Assembly: GCA_963848295.1 (NCBI GenBank)
Contig: CAWKDB010000002.1
Location: 96,001-160,000, forward strand
Length of the DNA stretch: 64,000 nt
Direction of reading: 5' to 3'
DNA from: an uncultured delta proteobacterium
Lineage (GTDB): Bacteria; Myxococcota_A; Polyangia; Haliangiales; Haliangiaceae
This document shows, one piece after another, positions 1 through 9,200 of the stretch. The position numbers and the translations under genes are program-made. Below the pieces are notes generated by a model. That model saw nothing but the letters and a program-made list of their open reading frames with translations. It ran no database searches and was not told where the DNA came from. How positions within the stretch are numbered: the first letter of the stretch is position 1; every line of letters begins with the position of its first letter.

Positions 1-27
1 ATCGCTTGTTTTTGGGCGTCTAGTCCG

Positions 28-2025
28 TCACTCGCCGCGCAGCGCGCCGGATGCGAAGTGCATCGCGGCGGCCTTCGCCTTGTCGAGCTGATCCGCGTCG
101 ATCGCGCCGCTCTTCTTCATGCCGCGCAGCACGATGTCGACGCGCGCGACGGTGTCGGGGTCGAGCTTGCCGGCGTGGCGGACGCGGTGGGCCATCGACG
201 TCGGCTCCGACGTCAGCGCTGCAAGGAATGCCGCCTGGCGAACGGTGAGGTCGTGGGGATCCTCGTCGAACCAGTAGCGCGCCGCGGCGGCGATGCCGAA
301 GACGTGCGGCCCCAGCTCGATCGTGTTGAGGTAGCGCTCGAGGATCGCGTGCTTGTCGAGGCGCGCCTCGAGCCGCCAGGTCAGGATCGCCTCCTGGATC
401 TTGCGGTCGAGGCTGCGCCGCTGAGTCAGGAAGGCGTTCTTGATCAGCTGCTGGCTGATCGTCGACCCCCCGCGCGCTAGCTTGCGATCGCGCAGATCGA
501 TCTCGAGGCTGCGCGCGATCTGGTGGAGGTCGAAGCCGCGGTGGTCGTAGAACCGGGCGTCCTCGGCGGCGACGAACGCGGCGGAGACATGCGAGGGCAG
601 GTGGTGGAGCGCGACCCAGCCCGGCTCGTCCTTGCCGATCCGCTGATGGCTGCCGTCCGGCATGAGCTCGTCGATCGTACCGGCGAGCGCGGTGACATCC
701 GACGCCGGCGGCTCGGCAAGGACGTCGCAGTGGTTGTGCAGATCGACCGCGAGCTCGGCGCCATCGCCGACCGGCGCGGCGAGATCGAGCGACAACCTCG
801 CGTGACCGGAGAGGTCGCCGGTCACGACCATGCCGTCGAGCGGCCCGCGCAGCTCGGCGGGCAACGACGTCAGCAGATCCGCGCACGGCGCTTGCGCGAG
901 ATGGAGATCGAGCTCCGCGGAGGCCGGCGTGCCGCGGCGTGCCCAGCCGGTCAATGACCAATGCGCGGCGCCGAGCACGAGCTCGCCGTGGTCGACCGCG
1001 ATCGCATCGGGCGTGATCGCCACGGTGGCGCGCAGCTCGCCCGCGAGGGTGATCGGCGCTGGCGCGATCGAGCGGTGATCGATCGTGACCCCGTCGAACG
1101 AGCCGTCAGCCGCGAGCTCGAGCCCGGTCGCCCGGCGGCGTACGACGAGCGAGCCAGACGCGTGGGCATCGTCGATCACGAGCGAGTGCGGCGCGAGCTC
1201 GGCGAGCACGCCCAGCGGCACGTGGTCGCCGCGGATCGTCAGCGTCGAGTCACCCGGTACGAACGACGCCTCGAGCGAGCGCGGGAAGCCAGCATCATCG
1301 ACGGCCGCGCGCAGCTCGAGAGGTCCGCCGGGTTGCAAGCGACCGACCGCGACGTCGCGCAGCTGCGCGGTTCGAGCGCCGACGGTGACCGAGCCGTGGC
1401 CGGCGACCGCGAGCATCCGCCCGAACGTCATCTTCGGCAGCGACAGCTCGGCCGCCGCGCGCCCGAGCTCGAGCTCGAGCGAACCACGCCCGCGCGTCGC
1501 GCGGATCCGGACCCGGCCGGTGATCGCGCGGACTCCGCCGGCATCGGGCACGAGCTCGACGTCGTCGGCCTCGAGCTCGCCGCCGTCGGCGAGCCGCGCG
1601 ACCAAGGTGCCCGAGCTGACCACGACGCGGCGCACGCGCGCGCGGCCGCTCCCCGCCGCGCCCGAACGGACGAGCCGGCGCAGCAAGCGAGAGAGATCGG
1701 AGTCGCCGTTGCCATCGATCTCCGCGTCGATCCGCGGCGCCGCCACGCGGATCTCGTCGGCGCCGAGCTGGCCGGACAGCAGCGAGCTCATCCCGACCGA
1801 GGCTTCGATCGATTCGGCCGACACGATCCGGCCGAGCGCGAGGTCGGTGATGCGCAACGTCCCGGTCAGATCCGCGTCGACTTGCCCGATGTGCGCGGGC
1901 ACACCGGCGGCAGCCGACAGTTGGTCGACCAGGTCGTTCGTGCGATGCGAGACCCACGCGGACGCGAGCACCGGCACGCCGATCGACAGCACGGCAGTCG
2001 CGGCGAGGATCCGGCGTTCGGTCAT
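28..2025 (-). CDS. Monofunctional peptidoglycan transglycosylase (GT51) with long N-terminal extension
   Basis: C-terminal motifs AAEDARFYDHRG, RGGSTISQQLIKN, RKIQE, ERYLN; N-terminal membrane anchor; no transpeptidase domain seen. Confidence 0.85.
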   Translation of the reverse strand: MTERRILAATAVLSIGVPVLASAWVSHRTNDLVDQLSAAAGVPAHIGQVDADLTGTLRITDLALGRIVSAESIEASVGMSSLLSGQLGADEIRVAAPRIDAEIDGNGDSDLSRLLRRLVRSGAAGSGRARVRRVVVSSGTLVARLADGGELEADDVELVPDAGGVRAITGRVRIRATRGRGSLELELGRAAAELSLPKMTFGRMLAVAGHGSVTVGARTAQLRDVAVGRLQPGGPLELRAAVDDAGFPRSLEASFVPGDSTLTIRGDHVPLGVLAELAPHSLVIDDAHASGSLVVRRRATGLELAADGSFDGVTIDHRSIAPAPITLAGELRATVAITPDAIAVDHGELVLGAAHWSLTGWARRGTPASAELDLHLAQAPCADLLTSLPAELRGPLDGMVVTGDLSGHARLSLDLAAPVGDGAELAVDLHNHCDVLAEPPASDVTALAGTIDELMPDGSHQRIGKDEPGWVALHHLPSHVSAAFVAAEDARFYDHRGFDLHQIARSLEIDLRDRKLARGGSTISQQLIKNAFLTQRRSLDRKIQEAILTWRLEARLDKHAILERYLNTIELGPHVFGIAAAARYWFDEDPHDLTVRQAAFLAALTSEPTSMAHRVRHAGKLDPDTVARVDIVLRGMKKSGAIDADQLDKAKAAAMHFASGALRGE

Positions 2026-2028
2026 GCG

Positions 2029-3030
2029 TCAGTGCGATTCGGCCGCGGCCGCTTCGCGGCGATCGTCGCCGACATAGGTGCGCTGCACGATCCGGCGCTC
2101 GCCGCGGCCACGGCGGGTCGCGAGCGAGGCCCCGGCGAGCATCATCTCGCACAGCTCGCCGAACGAGATGCCGGCGGCATCCGCGATCTTCGGCAACAGG
2201 CTCGTCGGCGTGAGGCCCGGCACGGTGTTGACCTCGAGCACGAATTCGTTGCCCGAGTCACTCACGATCATGTCGACGCGCGTCGCCCCGCGACAACCGA
2301 GCGCGACGTGCGCGCGCAGCGCCTGAGCGAGCACACCGCGGTAGCGCTCGGGTGACAGTCGCGGCGGCACGAAGTAATCGGTCGCTCCACGCGTGTACTT
2401 GTTCGCGTAGTCGTAGAACCCGTCGCGCGGCGCGATCTCGACCGCACCGAGCGCGCGATCCTCGAGCACCGCGACCGACACTTCGCGACCGGCGATGAAT
2501 CGCTCGACGAGGATCTCGTCGTCGAAACACAGCGCGCGATCGACCGCGGCCTGCAGCTCGTCCTCGCGATGACAGATCGTGACGCCGACCGAGCTACCTT
2601 CGCGCGCCGGCTTGACGACGCACGGCATGCCGAAGTCGCCGTGGACGCCGACGAGGTCACCGACGTCGTCGGCCGTGATCGTGTAGTAGGCGGGGGTCGG
2701 CAGGTTGTTGAGCCGGAACAGCTCCTTGGCCTTGCCCTTGTGCATCGCGAGTGCCGACGCCATCACGTCCGAGCCGGTGTACGGGATGCCGAGCAGCTCG
2801 AGCAGGCCCTGGATGCAGCCGTCCTCGCCCCACTTGCCGTGCAGCGCGATGAACGCGACCTCGATCTGCTCCTGGCGCAACGCCACATCGACGTCGTGAT
2901 CGACGTAGATCGGCGTCACATCGTGGCCGCGGTCGCGGAGGGCCGCGATCACCGCCTCGCCCGTTCGGAGCGAAACCTCACGCTCGCTGGATAGTCCACC
3001 CAGCAACACACCGATCTTGCGGGACTGCAT
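2029..3030 (-). CDS. ddl: D-alanine--D-alanine ligase
   Basis: GGLSSEREVSL, LHGKWGEDG, PYTGS, EGSSVG, YDYANKY, EVNTVPG; start chosen at MQSRKIG. Confidence 0.92.
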   Translation of the reverse strand: MQSRKIGVLLGGLSSEREVSLRTGEAVIAALRDRGHDVTPIYVDHDVDVALRQEQIEVAFIALHGKWGEDGCIQGLLELLGIPYTGSDVMASALAMHKGKAKELFRLNNLPTPAYYTITADDVGDLVGVHGDFGMPCVVKPAREGSSVGVTICHREDELQAAVDRALCFDDEILVERFIAGREVSVAVLEDRALGAVEIAPRDGFYDYANKYTRGATDYFVPPRLSPERYRGVLAQALRAHVALGCRGATRVDMIVSDSGNEFVLEVNTVPGLTPTSLLPKIADAAGISFGELCEMMLAGASLATRRGRGERRIVQRTYVGDDRREAAAAESH

Positions 3031-3170
3031 GCGCAAACTCCTTGTATTGCGAGAACGCTGCACGATCCCGCCGTATTGCGACGCTACGGGCCCGCGATCG
3101 CGAGGGCCAATTTTTGGCGCCAACGCCGCTCCTTGACGGTGGTTCTGGCGGCGGGGTAGTACGTCCGACG

Positions 3171-4592
3171 ATGAGCAAGAAAGCCAAGGCCGACGCACCC
3201 GCGGTTGCAGCGGAGGCCCCACAAGGCGCCAAGAGGCCGGCGAAGGCCAAGAAGCCCGCGGCCAAGAAGCCGACGAAGGAAGCCGCTGCCCCGGCCAAGG
3301 CCAAGAAGCCGGCGCGCGCGAAGGCCCCGACCCCGGTCGAGGCCAGCACGCACGCGGACGAGCCGACCGAGGAGAACCCCGCGGTCACCGTGACGTTGCC
3401 CGACGCCGTCGAGGCGATCGCGCCGGCGCCGGTGCCGGTGATGACCGAAGAGGAGCGCGAGCTCGCGGCCTTGTACGGCGATCTGTCGACCCCCGCGTCC
3501 GCACACGGCGAGTTCAGCGACCGCCAGACCGCCGACGAGGATCGGCCGATGCTTCCGGAGATCAACGCACGGGACGAGCGCAAGCACCACTGGCAGGACC
3601 GGCGCGATCAGCGCCGGCGGCGGCGCGACGAGCGCAATCAACGACGCGATGGTGGCGGCGGTACCGGCGGGAGTGGTCGAGATCCGGAGCAACCGCAGCA
3701 CGCGCAACCGCAACGGTCGCAGCAGCAACCGCAACACGCGTCGCGCCCGTCGCTGCCGGCGCCGGCTCCACACGCCAACGGTCATGCAAACGGTCCGACA
3801 CCGACGGTGGAGCACGACGCCCATGGCCGCGTCGGCACGCCGCTCGGCGATGCCGCGAACAGCGTGTTCTCGCAGCTCCGTAACGGCCAGCCGCTGCCGG
3901 TGCGCCAGCTCGCCGCGATGATGCGCAAGCGCAACCTCGTCGAGGCCGAGCCGGAACAGCTGTGGCCGCAGCTCAAGGCCGAGTTGCTCGGTGACGAGCG
4001 CAGCTATCGCACGCTCGGCCTGCGCCCGCGCATCGTCTACCGCGGTCGCGACCTGTTCGCGCCCGGGCCCGTCGCGATGAGCACGACCGCCGATGCCGAG
4101 GCTGGCGTCGCGACCGCGCTGTCCAAGCTCGCCGGGGCGACGCATCGCGCGTTGACCCAACGGCTCGCTCGCGCCACGCCTGCCGGGTTCGAGCGGTTGA
4201 TCCATGCCTACCTCGTCGCGGCTGGTTATCGCGAGATCGACTGGGTCAAGCGGGTCGGCGGGATCAGCTACGCATCGGCGGTCGCGCCCGGTATCGATCG
4301 CACCGTGCTGATCAGCGCGCGGTCCGGTGACCAGCCGATCGATCGCCGAGGCATCGGCGAGCTGCGAGTCGGCGTCGAGGCCAAGAACCTCGTTGCCGGC
4401 TTCTTGTTCTCGGTGCGCGAGCTCGCCGACGACGCCGAGGTCGAGCTCGAGCGCGCCGGTCGCTCGATCGCGGTGGTGTGTGGTGACCAGCTGATCGCCG
4501 CGCTGATCACGGCCGGCATCGGCGTCGTCAGCTCCGCGGCGCCGCTGCACTACGTCGACGATCAGCTGCTGGACGAGCTGCTGGCCGGATAG
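3171..4592 (+). CDS. Protein with Lys/Ala/Pro-rich N-tail, HARE-type HTH and degenerate Mrr-like nuclease domain
   Basis: KKPAAKKP-rich N-terminus; GQPLPVRQLAAMM HTH-like segment; FERLIHAYL..GY..I and PIDRRGIGELR..IAVVCGDQL resemble Mrr_cat. Confidence 0.6.
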   Translation: MSKKAKADAPAVAAEAPQGAKRPAKAKKPAAKKPTKEAAAPAKAKKPARAKAPTPVEASTHADEPTEENPAVTVTLPDAVEAIAPAPVPVMTEEERELAALYGDLSTPASAHGEFSDRQTADEDRPMLPEINARDERKHHWQDRRDQRRRRRDERNQRRDGGGGTGGSGRDPEQPQHAQPQRSQQQPQHASRPSLPAPAPHANGHANGPTPTVEHDAHGRVGTPLGDAANSVFSQLRNGQPLPVRQLAAMMRKRNLVEAEPEQLWPQLKAELLGDERSYRTLGLRPRIVYRGRDLFAPGPVAMSTTADAEAGVATALSKLAGATHRALTQRLARATPAGFERLIHAYLVAAGYREIDWVKRVGGISYASAVAPGIDRTVLISARSGDQPIDRRGIGELRVGVEAKNLVAGFLFSVRELADDAEVELERAGRSIAVVCGDQLIAALITAGIGVVSSAAPLHYVDDQLLDELLAG

Positions 4593-4594
4593 TC

Positions 4595-5194
4595 GTGGCG
4601 CGCGCGCACTGGCACTGGCTCGGTCGAGCGCCGTATCGGCGCGTGCTCGCCGATCAGCTCGCCGCGCGCGAACGGGTGTGGGCGGGCGAGCCCGGCGTGA
4701 TCTATCTGTGCGAGCACCCGCCGGTGATCACGCTCGGGCGCTCGGCCGATCCGCGCAACGTGCTCGCGGCGGGCGACGTCGCGATCGAGAACATCGAGCG
4801 CGGCGGCGACGTCACGTATCACGGCCCCGGCCAGCTCATGGTCTACTCGATCGTGCGGCTGCGCAGCGTCGTCGATTTCTTGGAGCGGATCGCGCGCGCG
4901 CTCGCCGACGCGTGCGCCGCCGTCGGCGTACCGGGCGCCGAGTTTCGTCGCGATCCGGCTGGCCTGTGGTTCGGCGACCGCAAGCTCGCGGCGTGCGGCA
5001 TCCACGTCGCACGCGGCGTCGCGATCCATGGTTATGCGCTCGACGTGGCAACGCCGCGCGAAGCGTGGCAACGGATCCGACCGTGCGGCATCGGGATGCC
5101 GCTGGTCTCGCTCGCGGAGCTCGCGTCTCCTGCGCCGACGGTCGAGCAGCTCGCGTCCGAGGTCGGCCCCCGGGTCGCTCGAGCGCTGCTATAA
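4595..5194 (+). CDS. lipB: Lipoyl(octanoyl) transferase
   Basis: CEHPPVITLGR, RGGDVTYHGPGQL, KLAACG, HGYAL, IRPCG. Confidence 0.93.
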   Translation: MARAHWHWLGRAPYRRVLADQLAARERVWAGEPGVIYLCEHPPVITLGRSADPRNVLAAGDVAIENIERGGDVTYHGPGQLMVYSIVRLRSVVDFLERIARALADACAAVGVPGAEFRRDPAGLWFGDRKLAACGIHVARGVAIHGYALDVATPREAWQRIRPCGIGMPLVSLAELASPAPTVEQLASEVGPRVARALL

Positions 5195-5200
5195 GGGCGC

Positions 5201-6226
5201 ATGGCCCGGATCGTCGTCCTCTACAACACCGACTACGACGCCGAGCAGACACGCGATCCGGGGCCCGATGCGACGTCGGTGCGCGGTTCGGCGCTCGCGA
5301 TCGCGGATGCGCTGAAAGCCGTCGGCCATGCGGCGGAGATCGATGGCGTGCACGGGGTCGAGGTCTACGCGGTGTTGTCGCGCCTGTCCGCGAATCGGCC
5401 CGACCTGCTGTTCAACCTGTGCGAATCGATGGACGGCGAGGCCGCCAACGAGCCGACGTTCGCCGGGTTGCTCGATCTGTTTCGCATCCCGTACACGGGG
5501 GCCGACCAACTCGCGCTCGCGCTGTGCTTGCACAAGCAGATCACGAAGGACGTGCTGATCGCGCGCGGCGTGGCGACGCCGCCGTATCGGTTCCTCGCGT
5601 CGCCGGCGGCGCTCGAGGATCCCGCCCTCGCTTCGCTCGACTACCCGTGGTTCGTCAAGCTCGTCCACGAAGACGCATCGCTCGGGATCACGGAGGCCAA
5701 CCTCGTGCACTCGGTGGCCGAGCTACGCGCGCGCTCGCGCGAGCTCATGCTCGAGCATCACCAAGGCGTGCTCGCCGAGCGCTACGTCGACGGCCGGGAA
5801 ATCAACGTGACGCTGCTCGGCAACGGCAACGCGGTGAACATGCTACCGCTGCACGAGATCGACTTCGGGGCGATGCCCGCCGGCCGACCGTGGATCGTCA
5901 GCTACGCCGCGAAATGGTTCGAGCATCACGTCGACTACGCGGGCACCCGCGTCGTGCCCCTGCGCGATCGCGAGCCGCGGCTCATCGCCGAGATCGAACG
6001 CACCGCGATCGGCGCGTGGCGCGCGCTCGGGCTGCGCGACTACGGGCGGGTCGACCTGCGGATCGACGTGGCGGGCAAGCCCTGGGTGATCGACGTGAAC
6101 CCGAACCCGGACATCTCACCGGATTCAGGTGTCACCCGCGCCGCCGCTGCGGCCGGCTGGAGCCATCCGCAGCTCGTCGCGGAGATCGCGAAGCTGGCGA
6201 TCGAGCGGACGCGAGCTTCGCGGTGA
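5201..6226 (+). CDS. Ddl-family ATP-grasp ligase, non-canonical
   Basis: FNLCE, IPYTG, EDASLGI, GREINV, DYGRVDLR, DVNPNP. Confidence 0.8.
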   Translation: MARIVVLYNTDYDAEQTRDPGPDATSVRGSALAIADALKAVGHAAEIDGVHGVEVYAVLSRLSANRPDLLFNLCESMDGEAANEPTFAGLLDLFRIPYTGADQLALALCLHKQITKDVLIARGVATPPYRFLASPAALEDPALASLDYPWFVKLVHEDASLGITEANLVHSVAELRARSRELMLEHHQGVLAERYVDGREINVTLLGNGNAVNMLPLHEIDFGAMPAGRPWIVSYAAKWFEHHVDYAGTRVVPLRDREPRLIAEIERTAIGAWRALGLRDYGRVDLRIDVAGKPWVIDVNPNPDISPDSGVTRAAAAAGWSHPQLVAEIAKLAIERTRASR

Positions 6227-6270
6227 GCGCGCGATCCGACCCGCACTTGGTTGGCGTGGCATCGAGTGCC

Positions 6271-9200
6271 TCAGTCGTCCCCGCTGTCATCGCCGGCGAG
6301 CCTGCGTAACTTCTTCTGCAAGCCGAAGCGCGATAGCCCGAGCAGCCGCGATGCGACGGTCTGGTTCCCGTTCGCGCGCGTCATCGCCGCCGAGATGTAC
6401 GCGTGCTCGGTCGCATTGATCGCGGGCTTGAGCCGGAGATCTTCGCCGAGCTGGGGCTTCGCTGGCTCGGGCCGCGCTGCCGCTGCCGCGATCGCCTCCG
6501 GCAAATCGGCGACGTCGATCACGTCGCCGCCGAGCGCGACGCCGCGGGCCAGCGCGTTCTCGAGCTCGCGGACGTTGCCGGGCCAGCGATGTTGAGCGAG
6601 CGCGCGTTGCGCTCCGCGGGTCAGCCGCGGTGGCTTCTTGTTCGCGCAGAGCTGTGCGAGCAGCGCGTCGATGAGGAACGGCACATCGCCATCACGGTCG
6701 CGCAGCGCCGGGACCGGGACCGTGATCACCTCGAGTCGGAACCGCAAGTCCTCGCGAAATCGCCCGGCCGCGGACAGCTCGGCAAGCGAGCGCTGACTCG
6801 CCGCGATCACGCGAACGTCGACCTTGCGCGTCGTCGAGTCGCCGACGCGACGGATCACGCCGTCTTGCAACACGCGCAACAACTTGGCTTGCATCGCCGC
6901 GGCGGTGTCGGCGATCTCGTCGAGGAACAACGTGCCGCCATCGGCGACCTCGAACAAGCCGCGGCGATCGCGATCGGCGCCGGTGAACGCACCACGAACA
7001 TGGCCGAACAGCTCGCTCTCGAGCAGGGCCTCGGGCACCGCGCTGCAGTTGATCGCGACGAACGGCCCCGCGCTGCGCGGTCCGTTGTCATGCAACGCGC
7101 GCGCGACCAGCTCCTTGCCGACGCCGCTCTCACCGACCACGACGACCGGCAGCGCGGTCGCGGCGGCGCGATCGATGACGCCGAGCATGCGCAAGATCGC
7201 CGGCGACTGCCCGACGATCCGCTCGTAGCGATGGCGCAACCGGTCGCGATCCGGCAGGTCCGCTTTGACCCGCGCGAGCTCGGCATCGCGATCGGCGAGA
7301 TCGGCCGACAGTCGCGCGTTGAGCTCGTCGACCTCGCGGGTCGACCGTCGCAGATCGTCGTTGAGCCGAGCGTTCTCGATCGCGATCGCGGCGATCTCGG
7401 CGAGCTCGCCGAGCACGCTCGCCGCGGCGTCGTCGAACGCGCCCCCGCGGAACCGATGGTCGACATAGATGCAGCCGGTGACCGCGCCGCGCTGGCGCAG
7501 CGGAACGGCGAGCACCGAGCGCAGGCGCAGCGCCGCGACCGAGGCCGCCGCGCCGAACCGCTCGTCGACCCCAGCATCGACCGTCATCACCGGCTCGCCG
7601 GTCTGCGCGGCGCGCTCCGCGATCGAGCGGCTGACCGAGAGGGCGTCGGCGGTCGGTCCGGTCTCGAGGTCGGCGGCGGCGAAGTTGCGCGACACGACCG
7701 GCGCCAGCTCGCCGTGCTGGCGCAGCAGCAAGAACCCGCGCTCCGCCGCGGTGAGCTCGATCGCGGTGTCGATGACCTCGTCGAGAATCCGCTCGACGTT
7801 TGGCTCGGAGTTGAGCCGGCGGGACAACGCGAGCAGGCGGCGGAGCAGCGGCGGATCGCCGCCCTGCGCCGCGCGCGGTGCCGTGGTCGGCGGCTCGCCC
7901 GGCAGGCGCACGAGGTCCGGATCGCCGGCAAGTGCGGCGCGGAACGCCGGCGCGGCCGCGGCGACCATCGCGGCGTGCGCGCTCCGCGCGCGCTCGGCCT
8001 CGGTGCGAGCGAGCTCGCCGTCGTGCGCGCGATGGCCGAGCTGCGCTGCGATCGCATGACCGCGAAACGCGCGTTCGAGCCGGTCGGCGCTGTCCGCTCT
8101 CGCCGCCGCTTCGGCGCACGCGCGCGCGAGGATACCGAGCTCGTCGCTATCGCGCAGCGCCGGGAGCTCGCCGGTGCGCCGCGTGTCGAATGCACGCAGG
8201 GCGTAGCGGCCGCGCGCGAGCGTCCAGCGATCGCGATCGTCGTCGCTCGCGCACAGGGTCGCGACGTCGGCCTTGACGCGATGGCCGGCCTCGGCGAGCG
8301 CGATATACGCACTCGCTTGCGCGTGGGCATCGCCGCGCTCGACCCCGATCGCGAGCGCATCGCGGTAGCAGCCTTCGGCGCCGGGGTCGTCGCCGAGGCG
8401 ATGCCGCGCGTTGCCGAGCACGAGCTGGGCGAACGCGCGGAGATGCGGCGCGCCATCGGCGCGAGCAAGGGCGGCCTCGCCGGCGGCGCGCGCGTCCTCG
8501 GCTTGGCCGACCGCGAGCAATGCATCGCCGCGGTTGAGATCGGCGGCGACTTGCTCGGTCGTCGCGCCGAGCTCGCCGAAGACGCGACCGGCGGCGGCGA
8601 GGCGCGGCAATGCTTCGCTCGCGCGTCCGCGCTCGGTCAGGGTCGTACCGAGGTTGAGCTCGGCGACCGCCGCGGCGTGGATCTCCCCGACGTCGGCGAG
8701 GCGGCGCACCGCATCGCGATAGCGATCGCTGGCGAGTGCGAGCTGACCTCGCTGCTGTGCGACCATCCCGCGCAACGACAGCGCGCGACCGACGGTCGCG
8801 TCGTCGCCGACCGCGGCGCCCCCGACCTCGAGTGCCGCGAACGCGCGATCGGCATCCTCGAGATCGCCGAGATAGAACGCGGCGAGCCCCGCAGCTTCGG
8901 CGCGCAGCCCCTCGAGCGGCCCGGCCACTCGCGTCGCGACCGCGCGCGCGTCGGCGAACCGCGAGCGCGTGACGAGCAGCCGTGCATACGCGCCGGCCGC
9001 ATCGGCGTGATCGGGATGAGCCGCGACGAGCGGCGCGAGCTCGGCTTCGGCGCCATCGAGATCGCCCGCGCGCTGTGCGGCGCGCGCGACGACGAGCCGC
9101 GCCTCGATCGGATCGGCCCCGGCATCGACCGCGGCGGTCGCGAACGTTCCGACCTCGCGATACGAGCCGATCGCGGAGCAGGCCCGCGCCGCGATCAGGT

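Noticed and set aside
3171..4592. Active type IV restriction (Mrr) defence system
   Set aside because: Catalytic motif appears degenerate and the context is housekeeping.
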